Source of the DNA: Candidatus Hodarchaeota archaeon
Lineage (GTDB): Archaea > Asgardarchaeota > Heimdallarchaeia > Hodarchaeales > Hodarchaeaceae
Reading direction: 5' to 3'
Assembly (NCBI GenBank): GCA_016839785.1
Contig: JAEOTQ010000168.1
Span: 6,835 to 70,834, forward strand
Length of the DNA stretch: 64,000 nt
Part shown: positions 1-8,614 of the stretch, one piece after another
How positions within the stretch are numbered: position 1 is the stretch's first letter
Layout: every line of letters starts with the position of its first letter
The notes under the pieces: model-generated
Database searches by the model: none
Seen by the model: only the letters and a program-made list of their open reading frames with translations
Told to the model about the DNA's origin: nothing
Translations under genes and position numbers: made by a program

Positions 1-510
1 GATGTCCATAAAACTGATGATCGTATACGTACAGCCGCAAAATTCCTTGCACGTCAAGATACGTCCCGAGTAGCTGCATGTAGTGTAAGAGCCTATGGAG
101 TATATCCAGTAGAAATGTTCTGCAAAGTGACAGGAGCAGTTCCAATTACTGGAAGATTTATTCCTGGAATTTTTACGAATCCAAATATTAAGGGACGATA
201 CAATTATATTGAACCGACCAGTATATTAATTACCGATCCCCACTTTGATCATCAGGCTCTAAAAGAAGCCTATCGGGTGGGAATCCCTGTTATATCTCTA
301 GTTGATACAGATAATACTATAAAGAATATTGATCTAGCAATTCCATGTAACAATAAAGGACGGAATTCTTTAGCTATGATATTTTGGTTGCTAACCAAAG
401 AAATTCTTCGTGAACGTGGTGAACTAACACCAGAAAAAGATGCTCAGTTACGAGTAGAATTATTTAGAGCCCCACGTGGCCGACGTCCCATGAGCGACGA
501 TGGATTCTAA
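1..510 (+). CDS. rps2: 30S ribosomal protein uS2 (S2/SA), 5' end cut by window edge
   Basis: The reading frame is open from base 1. Motifs GRFIPGIFTNP, VGIPVISLVDTDN and NNKGRNSLAMIFWLL are typical of archaeal/eukaryotic uS2. TAA stop. Confidence 0.9.
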   Translation, partial: DVHKTDDRIRTAAKFLARQDTSRVAACSVRAYGVYPVEMFCKVTGAVPITGRFIPGIFTNPNIKGRYNYIEPTSILITDPHFDHQALKEAYRVGIPVISLVDTDNTIKNIDLAIPCNNKGRNSLAMIFWLLTKEILRERGELTPEKDAQLRVELFRAPRGRRPMSDDGF

Positions 511-526
511 CAGGTGAACCAATACT

Positions 527-730
527 ATGATGATTCCAATTCGATGTTATACCTGCGGTAAAGTTATTGCTCATCATTATGAGGAATTTTTAGATGGCCT
601 AAAGGCTGGTAAGGAAGCATCAGAGTTACTAGATTCATTCGAATTGAAACGATACTGCTGTAGAAGAATGTTAATAACACATGTCGAGCTCATTGATGAT
701 ATTCTTACTTTTTCAAGCCCAATTCGTTAA
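527..730 (+). CDS. rpoN: DNA-directed RNA polymerase subunit N (Rpo10)
   Basis: 67 aa. MMIPIRCYTCGK...RYCCRRML is the Rpo10/RpoN zinc-binding signature. It sits beside a ribosomal protein gene. Confidence 0.9.
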   Translation: MMIPIRCYTCGKVIAHHYEEFLDGLKAGKEASELLDSFELKRYCCRRMLITHVELIDDILTFSSPIR

Positions 731-734
731 TTTC

Positions 735-843
735 AGCCCCGTAGTGTAGTGGCCCATCATAGAGAGTTCTATATTACGAGTTAGCTTGTTGTAGAACCGT
801 GAAGAAAGTCTCTCTGACCTCAGTTCGAATCTGAGCGGGGCTA
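735..843 (+). tRNA. Intron-containing tRNA with a tRNA-Gln-like body; predicted intron 773..808; predicted mature anticodon CUA
   Basis: Acceptor AGCCCCG/CGGGGCT with discriminator A. D arm GTGTAGTGGCCCATCAT. Anticodon stem GAGAG/CTCTC. Variable loop TGAC. T arm CTCAG-TTCGAAT-CTGAG. A BHB motif is present (central helix TTCT/AGAA, bulges ATA and AGT, inner helix TTACG/CGTGA). The tRNA call is firm; the anticodon identity is less certain. Confidence 0.8.
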
Positions 844-861
844 TCTCAGAAGGAATTCCTC

Positions 862-1773
862 ATGGTACGACAAATCGGTGTTCTAAGCCGAAGTAAAGAC
901 TATTTTCCGACAACCAAACTGCTTGAGGACATTAATCAAAGATATACAGTTTCTGGTGTTTTCTTATCGACACAATATGTTTTTCCATTGGTCAGTTCTT
1001 CAGGAGTTGATGCTCGGTTTGCGAACCAATCATTACTTCCTCTATTGGGAGTTGTTCCACGTATTGGCAGATCTCAGACAAATCTCGGTTTAATATGTTT
1101 GAATCATTTTCAATTAATGGGCATTCCAAGTACTCTTTCAGCAGAAGCGCTGTTTCTTTCAAGGGATAAATTTCGTTGTTATCAAACATTATCAAAAATA
1201 AAAGGAATTCAATTGCCCAGAACGATCCTAATAAACAACTCATTTCAAGTGGATCAATTGTTAAACGCCTTTAAATTTCCAGTTGTATTGAAATTGCTTG
1301 ATGCAACACGAGGGAGCGGAACTATGTTGGCTCCTAATCCAAAAACCGCAGAAGAGATCGTCGAATCATTATTTATGCGATCTTCAGAACCAATTATGAT
1401 CCAAGAATATTTGCAGCCCAGTTCACAATATAATGCATCGCCCTCTGCTGATATACGAGTAATTTACATAGGAAATGAGATAATCGGAAGCATGAAACGA
1501 GTTGCTCCAAAGGGAGAGTGGAGGACAAATTTTGCCCTCGGAGCACAATGTGAAACATATCAATTATCATCTGAAGATGAGGAGCTCATACATCAAATTG
1601 CAGAGAGAATTGGCATTGAAGTAGCTGGAATTGACTTATTTCCAACTCAAAATGGCTCCTATGTCCTTGAAGTTAATGCCTGCCCTGGATGGAAAGCATT
1701 TGAAATGGCTAATCCCGAGATAAATGTGGCTAAAAAAATAATCGATTATTTATTGACCAAAATACGTCGGTAG
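862..1773 (+). CDS. ATP-grasp ligase, RimK/LysX family
   Basis: 303 aa. ATP-grasp motifs PVVLKLLDATRGSGTML, IMIQEYL, ADIRVIYIG and YVLEVNACPGW. TAG stop. Confidence 0.8.
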   Translation: MVRQIGVLSRSKDYFPTTKLLEDINQRYTVSGVFLSTQYVFPLVSSSGVDARFANQSLLPLLGVVPRIGRSQTNLGLICLNHFQLMGIPSTLSAEALFLSRDKFRCYQTLSKIKGIQLPRTILINNSFQVDQLLNAFKFPVVLKLLDATRGSGTMLAPNPKTAEEIVESLFMRSSEPIMIQEYLQPSSQYNASPSADIRVIYIGNEIIGSMKRVAPKGEWRTNFALGAQCETYQLSSEDEELIHQIAERIGIEVAGIDLFPTQNGSYVLEVNACPGWKAFEMANPEINVAKKIIDYLLTKIRR

Positions 1774-1871
1774 AGAGAAAACCTAATATATCCCTTGAAG
1801 AAATTTCCTCAACCTCTGGAGTTTTCACTATCAAATTTTGGTTATAATAACTAATTCCACTGATAGGATTT

Positions 1872-2837
1872 ATGATGAATAGAACAAACGATTTCACTCA
1901 GCTAAATGTAGCAAAAGAGCTACGAGCTCGACTTCAAGAGGAGTTTCCTAGCATGATGGCACTAGCTGCGACATCTCCTGCGGAAATTATGAAGCGATGT
2001 GAAGTTAGCAAGTCTTCAGCGGAACGAGCAGTCAATCAGGCAAGAAAAATCATTGGAATGAACCAACCGACAACAGCTGCATCATTATTGAAAAAAGAAT
2101 TAGACAAACCAAGAATTACGACCTCTTCACAGTCATTAGATGATATATTAGGAGGAGGAATATCGGTTGGATCTATAACGGAGTTTAGTGGAGCCTTCGC
2201 AACAGGAAAAACTCAAATATCTTTTCAATTATGTTTAAATGTTCAACTTTCAATAGAAGAAGGCGGATTAGAAGGGAAAGCATTATTTCTTGATACAGAG
2301 AATACTTTCGCACCTGCTCGTGTAGCAGAAATGGCCTATTCCTATACAGATGATCCAAGGAAGTATTTACAGAATATATATGTAAGTCGAGCCTACAATT
2401 CAGATCATCAGATACAGCTCATAGATAAGGCGGACAATATAATTGAGCAAAATAATATACGTTTAATTATTATAGATTCCATGGCCTCACATTTTCGTGC
2501 TGAATTTCCTGGCAAGGAAAATCTTCCACGACGTCAACAAACATTAATGGCTCACGCAGAAGCTCTCCAGCGCTTAGCGGAATCGTACAAATTAGCGGTA
2601 ATAACTACTAATCAAATTCTTAGTAATCCCGATAACCTGTTTTCAGGAGCGAATAATTTAGAACCCGCATTAGGTTTTGCATGGGGTCATAGGCCAACAC
2701 ATAGAATATTATTACGAAAGTCTAGAGGGACTGCACGTATCGCTCGTATATTTGACTCTCCTGAATTAGCAGAAAGAGAAGCAGTCTATCATATTACTCC
2801 TCAAGGCATCCGTGATGGTCCTCCACTTGATTATTAA
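1872..2837 (+). CDS. radA: RadA/Rad51-family recombinase
   Basis: 321 aa with an N-terminal HhH-like region. Walker A GAFATGKTQ (divergent from the usual GEFGSGKTQ). Also FLDTENTF, IIIDSMASHFRAEF and the RIARIFDSPELAEREAVYHIT tail, collinear with archaeal RadA. Confidence 0.85.
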   Translation: MMNRTNDFTQLNVAKELRARLQEEFPSMMALAATSPAEIMKRCEVSKSSAERAVNQARKIIGMNQPTTAASLLKKELDKPRITTSSQSLDDILGGGISVGSITEFSGAFATGKTQISFQLCLNVQLSIEEGGLEGKALFLDTENTFAPARVAEMAYSYTDDPRKYLQNIYVSRAYNSDHQIQLIDKADNIIEQNNIRLIIIDSMASHFRAEFPGKENLPRRQQTLMAHAEALQRLAESYKLAVITTNQILSNPDNLFSGANNLEPALGFAWGHRPTHRILLRKSRGTARIARIFDSPELAEREAVYHITPQGIRDGPPLDY

Positions 2838-2970
2838 TTAGATTGGAGTTATTTTGCTAATAAAAAGAACCATAATCCTTTCTCAAACCAATATTTGAGG
2901 GAGTAAAGATGGTTTTTCCACAACCTAGTCAATAAAATAAAGAAAACAATCAAATAACTGAGGAATCAGA

Positions 2971-3741
2971 TTGAGTCAATCAAATGGAAATTCTTTCAGC
3001 TACTTCCACAAGCTAGTAGACGTTAAATTAAAGTCCCCAACAGTTGTTATCCAAGGATTACCTGGTATGGGGCTCATTGGAAAGATCGCGGCTAATTTTT
3101 TAATCGATCAATATGATGGAATTGAAATAGCACGTGTTTATAGTTCATTTTTCCCTCCTGTTGTCCAAATTGACAACGAACAAGGAGTGGGTCAACTAGC
3201 CCGAATGGAAATTTATGCAATCACAAAAACCTCTCCAAACTTATTAATATTAACAGGAGATGCTCAACCCCACGATATTGGTATTATTCAAGTATTAAAC
3301 GAAGTACTGGATTTCGTAATAAATCTAAAAGCCGAGACGGTCGTGTGTTTAGGTGGATTGAGAGCATTGGAAGAAGGTCCAGAAGTGGCTGCATTCGGAT
3401 ACAACAAGGAAACTATGAAATGGTTAGAGGAGTATGACATCACTCCATTAAAAGGAGGAGAAATAACGGGAGCAGTTGGAGTTTTCTCCGCATTAGCCGC
3501 TGAAAAAGGTTTACGAAGTTTTGGTTTACTTGGAAAATTAACATTAGTTGGTACTGATCCATTAGCAAGTAAAAATCTCCTGAAACGATTAGCAAAACTC
3601 TTTTCTCTTGATTATAAGTATGATGATTTGGATGGTATCATCGAGGAAGCAGTCCAGAAAAATGACTTACTCCATCAAGCGGAAGAAGCAGAAAGCGGAT
3701 CAGATGATGACAGCTCTCGTGGACCCAGTTATTATATTTAA
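2971..3741 (+). CDS. PAC2 (DUF75) proteasome-assembly-chaperone family protein
   Basis: 256 aa with a TTG start. The N-terminal VVIQGLPGMGLIGKIAANFLID motif is typical of the PAC2 family. Acidic C-terminal tail. Confidence 0.6.
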   Translation: MSQSNGNSFSYFHKLVDVKLKSPTVVIQGLPGMGLIGKIAANFLIDQYDGIEIARVYSSFFPPVVQIDNEQGVGQLARMEIYAITKTSPNLLILTGDAQPHDIGIIQVLNEVLDFVINLKAETVVCLGGLRALEEGPEVAAFGYNKETMKWLEEYDITPLKGGEITGAVGVFSALAAEKGLRSFGLLGKLTLVGTDPLASKNLLKRLAKLFSLDYKYDDLDGIIEEAVQKNDLLHQAEEAESGSDDDSSRGPSYYI

Positions 3742-3742
3742 T

Positions 3743-5020
3743 TCAATGGGAAAATAGGTTATTCTCTTCAGCAAATTGAATTCTTCTTCGAAATAGCTCA
3801 GTGATGGCAAAGGATACTACAGTCAATGCTAGCATAAATAGTAATCCACCAACTGGCGATTGGAACGTATCTAAAAGTGCACCGAAGATCGTGGGGGAAA
3901 TAGAGCTAATAATAAGCCCTAGTGAAAAAACAAGTGAATAGAAAAAGGTTCTATCACCCGCGGGGACTAAATCAGCCTGTAATGCTTGTAATGTTCCTCC
4001 CGCTAGATAAAATCCAATAGCAAATAGAGAAAATCCGAGAATAATCACTAGAATTTCGGGAAAACCCAGAGTAATTACAATAAGCCCAGTAATTGCCAGA
4101 CTAGAAATGAGTGCCGAAATTAGTATTATTCTGATTCTCCCACGTGGACCCAAGCGATCAGAATTGATTGCTCCATAGATATCAGAAATAGATCCTAAAA
4201 GGAGAATAAAACTGGTTATAACTCCTGCATTGAAAGCTTCGACATGATAAAAATTCTTCAATAAAGTGGTCGTAAAATAGCTGATAGAGCGATAAACTCC
4301 ACCTCGTAATGCACTTATTAAAATAATTATAGCTAAACTCGTTATAATCCACTTTCGGTGGGGAGAGGAGCGAATGGAAGTACTGCTCTCCAACTCACTG
4401 ACAGTTTTTTCTTTTTCTCTTGATTTCAATAGGGATTCAAAGTTTCCAATCAAATTTTCAAGTAAAATCCAAGAAATGAGACTAAATACAAGAAGAATGC
4501 AAAACACACCAAGGAGGAAAAAGGTCGATCTCCAAGTGAAAAAAAAGATAGCTAAAGTTAAGGTGCTAATGGGACTAACAGCGGTTCCAATCACACCTGC
4601 TGCATGGTTGATAGCCATGGCTTTTCCCCGATTGCGATCTGAAAAAGAATTTGCGCAGACCCCTAATCCCACAGGATGATAAGTTGTACAGCCAAGACCA
4701 AGAATAATATTACCAAAAAACAATCCCAAGAAATCATTGGCCATCGAAATCCAAAAACTTGAGACAGCAAATAGAAAGATCCCCATAAGGACTATGAAAA
4801 ATCCTTTAGCAGCCTTTTTTCCTAAATATCCAATAAGTGGAGAGGTCAAAGCCATGATTAATGACGGAAGAGACCCTAATATTCCCATCTCAAGATAACT
4901 GAGAGGAATGTCCGTAATAATCAGAATGAGCAAAGCTGGAAAGGCATACAACAACACATGATGAATAAAGTGGGATATTGACATAAATCCGAGCAATTGG
5001 TGGCGAATATTCAATGACAA
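3743..5020 (-). CDS. MFS-type transporter
   Basis: 425 aa, strongly hydrophobic with about 12 predicted TM segments and a central hydrophilic loop. TGA stop. Confidence 0.7.
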   Translation of the reverse strand: MSLNIRHQLLGFMSISHFIHHVLLYAFPALLILIITDIPLSYLEMGILGSLPSLIMALTSPLIGYLGKKAAKGFFIVLMGIFLFAVSSFWISMANDFLGLFFGNIILGLGCTTYHPVGLGVCANSFSDRNRGKAMAINHAAGVIGTAVSPISTLTLAIFFFTWRSTFFLLGVFCILLVFSLISWILLENLIGNFESLLKSREKEKTVSELESSTSIRSSPHRKWIITSLAIIILISALRGGVYRSISYFTTTLLKNFYHVEAFNAGVITSFILLLGSISDIYGAINSDRLGPRGRIRIILISALISSLAITGLIVITLGFPEILVIILGFSLFAIGFYLAGGTLQALQADLVPAGDRTFFYSLVFSLGLIISSISPTIFGALLDTFQSPVGGLLFMLALTVVSFAITELFRRRIQFAEENNLFSH

Positions 5021-5191
5021 ATCAGGGACCTCTTGGATAAGAAGGAATAAAGGGATGTAGTGTAGGAGAAATTCAACCTCGTTTTCTGAATTTGACTAGT
5101 TTAATACCCATGCTCGGAAACGAAATTACGTCTCATAAGATGAGCGAATTTTTTAATTATTTGGGTATGTATCAGGAGAATTTCGGATGAA

Positions 5192-6511
5192 TTATCCTTC
5201 AGGAATAGGATTAATTGGCTTAAGAGGTTCATCCACAAAATAAAAAGCTAATCCTCCAAGTACTCGCAAAACCATCACTACTAAAACAAGAGAGTAGATA
5301 GTTGGCCACTTACCTAAAACTGGAATCAGTAGTTCTGTCACAACACCCATAGAAAAAGAACCCAGGAAAGTAACGATACCCATAATTAGCTGATAAGCTC
5401 CTACGTATCTGCCTTTAGATCCATCAGGAGCAGAATCAATGATATATGCTGTCGTGGTTACAAAATACAGTCCATACCCGATTCCACCAATAAAATTCCC
5501 AATAGCAAGTTCAACCCAATTTCTAGAAAAAAAGAGCACTAATGGTATCAGAAACATAATTCTACGGCCATTGAAACCAATCTTCTTACCGTATTTGTCA
5601 ATCAATTTGCCGCCAATTGATAGTGAAAAGATTTGACATGCCATATGGACAGCCCAGAGAAAACTATATTGACTGGGAGTAGTATAACGTTCACGAATAA
5701 ATCCGAAAATAGGCCATCCAGTTGACATGCTGAAGTCCATACAGGCACTAATTAGCACAAAACGAGTAAAAGTAGGATTCTCTCGAAAAGGAGCTAATAT
5801 GCTTCGAAAGGAAAATCTAGTATGCTTTTGTGTTGGCCTACCGTTAGATGGAGAGTGTGAATGTACCTCGAGATCAGAATTACCATTTGGATTGGTTTCT
5901 CGCAACCAGAACCAGGAAATAAAGCCGGCGAGAAGAAATCCTAAGGCACCAATACGATAAATCAGCATATACTGGGTCGTATAATCTGTGGAAAGGAATG
6001 GAATGATCCACCCCGAAATTAAAAAGACCACCATAGTGAAAATAACGGTTATAGTAGTAATACGACCAATGTAAGATCCTCTAGTACTTTCATGAGAAGT
6101 ATCACCTAAAAATGCTATCCAGGAAGGGGTAAAAATACTAAATGCTAAGGAATAAATGATCATGGCGACCAGTAAGATTAGAGGATCTGTGATCATAGGA
6201 AATAAAAAGCTCATAATGGCTGAAATAAAGAGCCCGATAACTAAAAATGGTTTTCTACCATATTTATCACTTAGTCGACCAAAGGGGAGTTGAACCGCTA
6301 ATTGAATAAGGTTTCTCATGCTAGTAATGATTGATAGAAGAATAGGAGAAGCACTAATAAATACGGCATAAATTTGGGAATAAGTGGCAACTATAAAATG
6401 ACCCGTGTCTTTTCCAATAGCTATCCCATATATGGTGCTTCCTTTGTTCTTAATACATGGTTCCTCCTGGGTTATAAGGTCTAAAGGAGGCTTAATGTCA
6501 GAATTAGTCAC
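5192..6511 (-). CDS. MFS-type transporter
   Basis: 439 aa. MFS motif-A-like FGRLSDKYGRKP and GGKLIDKYGKK in the two halves. Multi-TM profile. Confidence 0.75.
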   Translation of the reverse strand: MTNSDIKPPLDLITQEEPCIKNKGSTIYGIAIGKDTGHFIVATYSQIYAVFISASPILLSIITSMRNLIQLAVQLPFGRLSDKYGRKPFLVIGLFISAIMSFLFPMITDPLILLVAMIIYSLAFSIFTPSWIAFLGDTSHESTRGSYIGRITTITVIFTMVVFLISGWIIPFLSTDYTTQYMLIYRIGALGFLLAGFISWFWLRETNPNGNSDLEVHSHSPSNGRPTQKHTRFSFRSILAPFRENPTFTRFVLISACMDFSMSTGWPIFGFIRERYTTPSQYSFLWAVHMACQIFSLSIGGKLIDKYGKKIGFNGRRIMFLIPLVLFFSRNWVELAIGNFIGGIGYGLYFVTTTAYIIDSAPDGSKGRYVGAYQLIMGIVTFLGSFSMGVVTELLIPVLGKWPTIYSLVLVVMVLRVLGGLAFYFVDEPLKPINPIPEG

Positions 6512-6617
6512 GGTCTTCTCGAAGAAAGGGAAAAAGTGTGAAAGGAAATAGCTTCTTCCCTAAGGGTATTTTAAAAAAAAAGATGAGGGATGAAAAAATG
6601 ATTCATCCATAATTTTA

Positions 6618-8159
6618 CTAACTTTTCTTCTTTCGATGGAGTACCAGTAGTCCAAGGGTACATGAAATAATAAGAACCTGAAAACTTGGAGTAGAAGCTG
6701 TGGTAATGACAATATCAATTTCTCCAGAGAGTGGCCCTTCACCGATAGCGTTTTTTGCGCTAATAGCATAGAAAAATGAATTATCAGGAGTTGAAGGATC
6801 GGTATACTCTGAGACCACACCAAGAGTTGTGAGTAGACTCAAAGACCCTGATTCAGTCCCACGATAAATAAGATAATTAGTAATCGAAGAACCAGCATCA
6901 GTTGCAGGAGGAACCCACGTTAACTTGACTCCATTCGCCTCAAGGGAGATATTAATATTCAGTGGTGCACTTGGAGGATTTAGCTGGTAATGATAGGCCC
7001 AGGTCTCATTGAGATAGGTAGTAGGTGCACCCAGTATCCTTCCGCCGAAAAGAATCATTTTATCAGCAGAATAATCATACACCAGTGAGGAATGCGATGT
7101 GGCATGAGTTGGGGAATTCATATCGGTCCAGGTGAGAGTATTGTAATCAAAAGCCCAAGTATCAACATAGTCTGTTGGTTTTCCTCCAACAGCTTCTGTT
7201 CCACCAAATAAGATAATTCTATCAGATTCATTATCATAGTCCATTGCAGTCACCCAACGTGGGGTAGGTGCTTTAGTCGTAATGATTTGTGTCCAAGTAT
7301 CCGTATTGTAGTCATACGCCCATGTTTCATTCTTAAAGCGGTTAGCTAAAGGTTCAAAACCACCAGTCGAGCCACCAAAAAGAATTGATTTATCTGATTC
7401 AATATCATAACCAAATCCATTATCTGCCACCTTAGAAGGTTTAGTAACAGGATTCATTTGCTCCCAAGTATTTGTATTATAATCGTACGCCCATGTATCA
7501 TCAAAAAATGGTGCATTAGTAATGGAAAGATCCCGAGTATAACCTCCGTAAAGGATCACCCGATCAGATTCGGTATCATATACCATACTGCAAGCTAATC
7601 GAGGAGAAGGCGCAGTACTAGGTGACATATTTGTCCAGGTATTGGTATTCGTATCATATGCCCAGGTTTCAGGAGGGGCCTCTGTATATGTACCTCCACC
7701 GACTGCACTAACTGCTCCACCAAAGAGAATTATACGATCAGATTCAGCATCATATGCAAGACCAGGATTGGACCGACCTATAGGTGAAATGGCTGGAGTT
7801 ACATTTGTCCAGGATGCGGTCGTAAAATCAAAGGTCCAGGTATCAGTATAGTATACAAAATCTTCTCCAGAGATAATTTCTGGGAATCTTCCACTAAAAA
7901 GGATGGTTTTTGCAGACTCAATATCATAAGTCATCAGCTCATTACCTGTACGACTCCAAGGCGCACATGAAGGGTGTAATTGCACCCAATTCCCAATAGA
8001 TTCTTCAACCGTACTAGTTTCAAAAATAGTTTGGGTGATAACAACTTGTCCTTGAAAAGATGGAAAAAAAACAAGGAAAGAGATAACCAGTACACAAAAA
8101 ATATAATAGAATTGCAACTTCATTGGTTCTTTCGTATTAGAAAGAAAGGACATTAGCAT
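6618..8159 (-). CDS. Secreted Kelch-repeat protein with an FN3-like domain and a C-terminal TM anchor
   Basis: N-terminal signal/TM segment. About 6-7 repeats of the pattern ESDRIILFGG...TWAYDYNTNTW. An FN3-like segment (PSAPLNINISLEANGVKLTWVPP). C-terminal hydrophobic helix followed by HRKKKS. TAG stop. Confidence 0.75.
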   Translation of the reverse strand: MLMSFLSNTKEPMKLQFYYIFCVLVISFLVFFPSFQGQVVITQTIFETSTVEESIGNWVQLHPSCAPWSRTGNELMTYDIESAKTILFSGRFPEIISGEDFVYYTDTWTFDFTTASWTNVTPAISPIGRSNPGLAYDAESDRIILFGGAVSAVGGGTYTEAPPETWAYDTNTNTWTNMSPSTAPSPRLACSMVYDTESDRVILYGGYTRDLSITNAPFFDDTWAYDYNTNTWEQMNPVTKPSKVADNGFGYDIESDKSILFGGSTGGFEPLANRFKNETWAYDYNTDTWTQIITTKAPTPRWVTAMDYDNESDRIILFGGTEAVGGKPTDYVDTWAFDYNTLTWTDMNSPTHATSHSSLVYDYSADKMILFGGRILGAPTTYLNETWAYHYQLNPPSAPLNINISLEANGVKLTWVPPATDAGSSITNYLIYRGTESGSLSLLTTLGVVSEYTDPSTPDNSFFYAISAKNAIGEGPLSGEIDIVITTASTPSFQVLIISCTLGLLVLHRKKKS

Positions 8160-8390
8160 TCATCTCCCATACTCAAATTTCAAAATCTCGGAATTACATT
8201 CTAGTATGAAAAATAGGTATAAAAAGGATACTTTCTCTAGTAAAAAACGTAATAAATTACAAAAAGCACAAGAAAATACAGAGAAAAACAATTTCCTTAA
8301 TAAAGTCAAATGTAAAAGTACAAAAAAGGTGGGAAAGGGAAAATGGGGCACCCGGCGCAGCAGAAACAGTATATAAGTGTTGCGAAAAGG

Positions 8391-8398
8391 TTTATAAA
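8391..8398 (+). promoter_or_regulatory. TATA-like box (TTTATAAA) preceded by a purine-rich BRE-like CGAAAAGG
   Basis: Sequence GCGAAAAGGTTTATAAAGG lies about 220 nt upstream of the tfb ATG. It could drive a long leader or a separate small RNA. Confidence 0.3.
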
Positions 8399-8544
8399 GG
8401 AGGAAAAAGGCGTTGTAGTTAGTGGTGATTGAGGTCAGGCGCTCACCCTAGGTGGCAATTAATTTTCCCCGCGGTTTTAGCAAGAAAGAGAATTCTCTCG
8501 CAGTTAGTTCTCGCAGGAAAGTGAGAGAACAATATCGTAAAGAG

Positions 8545-8551
8545 TTTAAAA
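8545..8551 (+). promoter_or_regulatory. TATA-like box (TTTAAAA), candidate tfb promoter
   Basis: AAAGAGTTTAAAATCCC lies about 64 nt upstream of the tfb ATG. Confidence 0.35.
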
Positions 8552-8614
8552 TCCCAATACGGAAGGCTAACGCCCCGACCAGGCAATCACAAGTTTGAGA
8601 AGGAACGCTCAGGA

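Noticed and set aside
735-843. Alternative registers for the first tRNA that would give an ordinary anticodon (UCU Arg or GAA Phe, using AGAGA/TCTCT as the anticodon stem).
   Set aside because: That register breaks the D stem (22-25 no longer pair with 10-13). It puts G at position 32. It also leaves no 3-nt/4-bp/3-nt BHB motif. The GAGAG/CTCTC register gives a perfect BHB and a tRNA-Gln/Asp-type 4-nt variable loop.
992-7851. Short nested or antisense ORFs: 992..1243, 4374..4679, 5439..5636, 5727..5960, 6560..6823, 7642..7851.
   Set aside because: Each lies inside a longer, better-supported gene on the other strand or frame. Their translations look like off-frame products.
8160-8351. 63-aa ORF directly upstream of the Kelch gene.
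   Set aside because: Its hydrophobic, low-complexity translation comes from an AT-rich promoter region. It has no motif support and is probably not coding.
8420-8480. A C/D-box sRNA downstream of the distal TATA box (GTGATTGA resembles a C box).
   Set aside because: The C-box match is imperfect (UGAUUGA versus UGAUGA). No D box (CUGA) is present near the putative 3' end.
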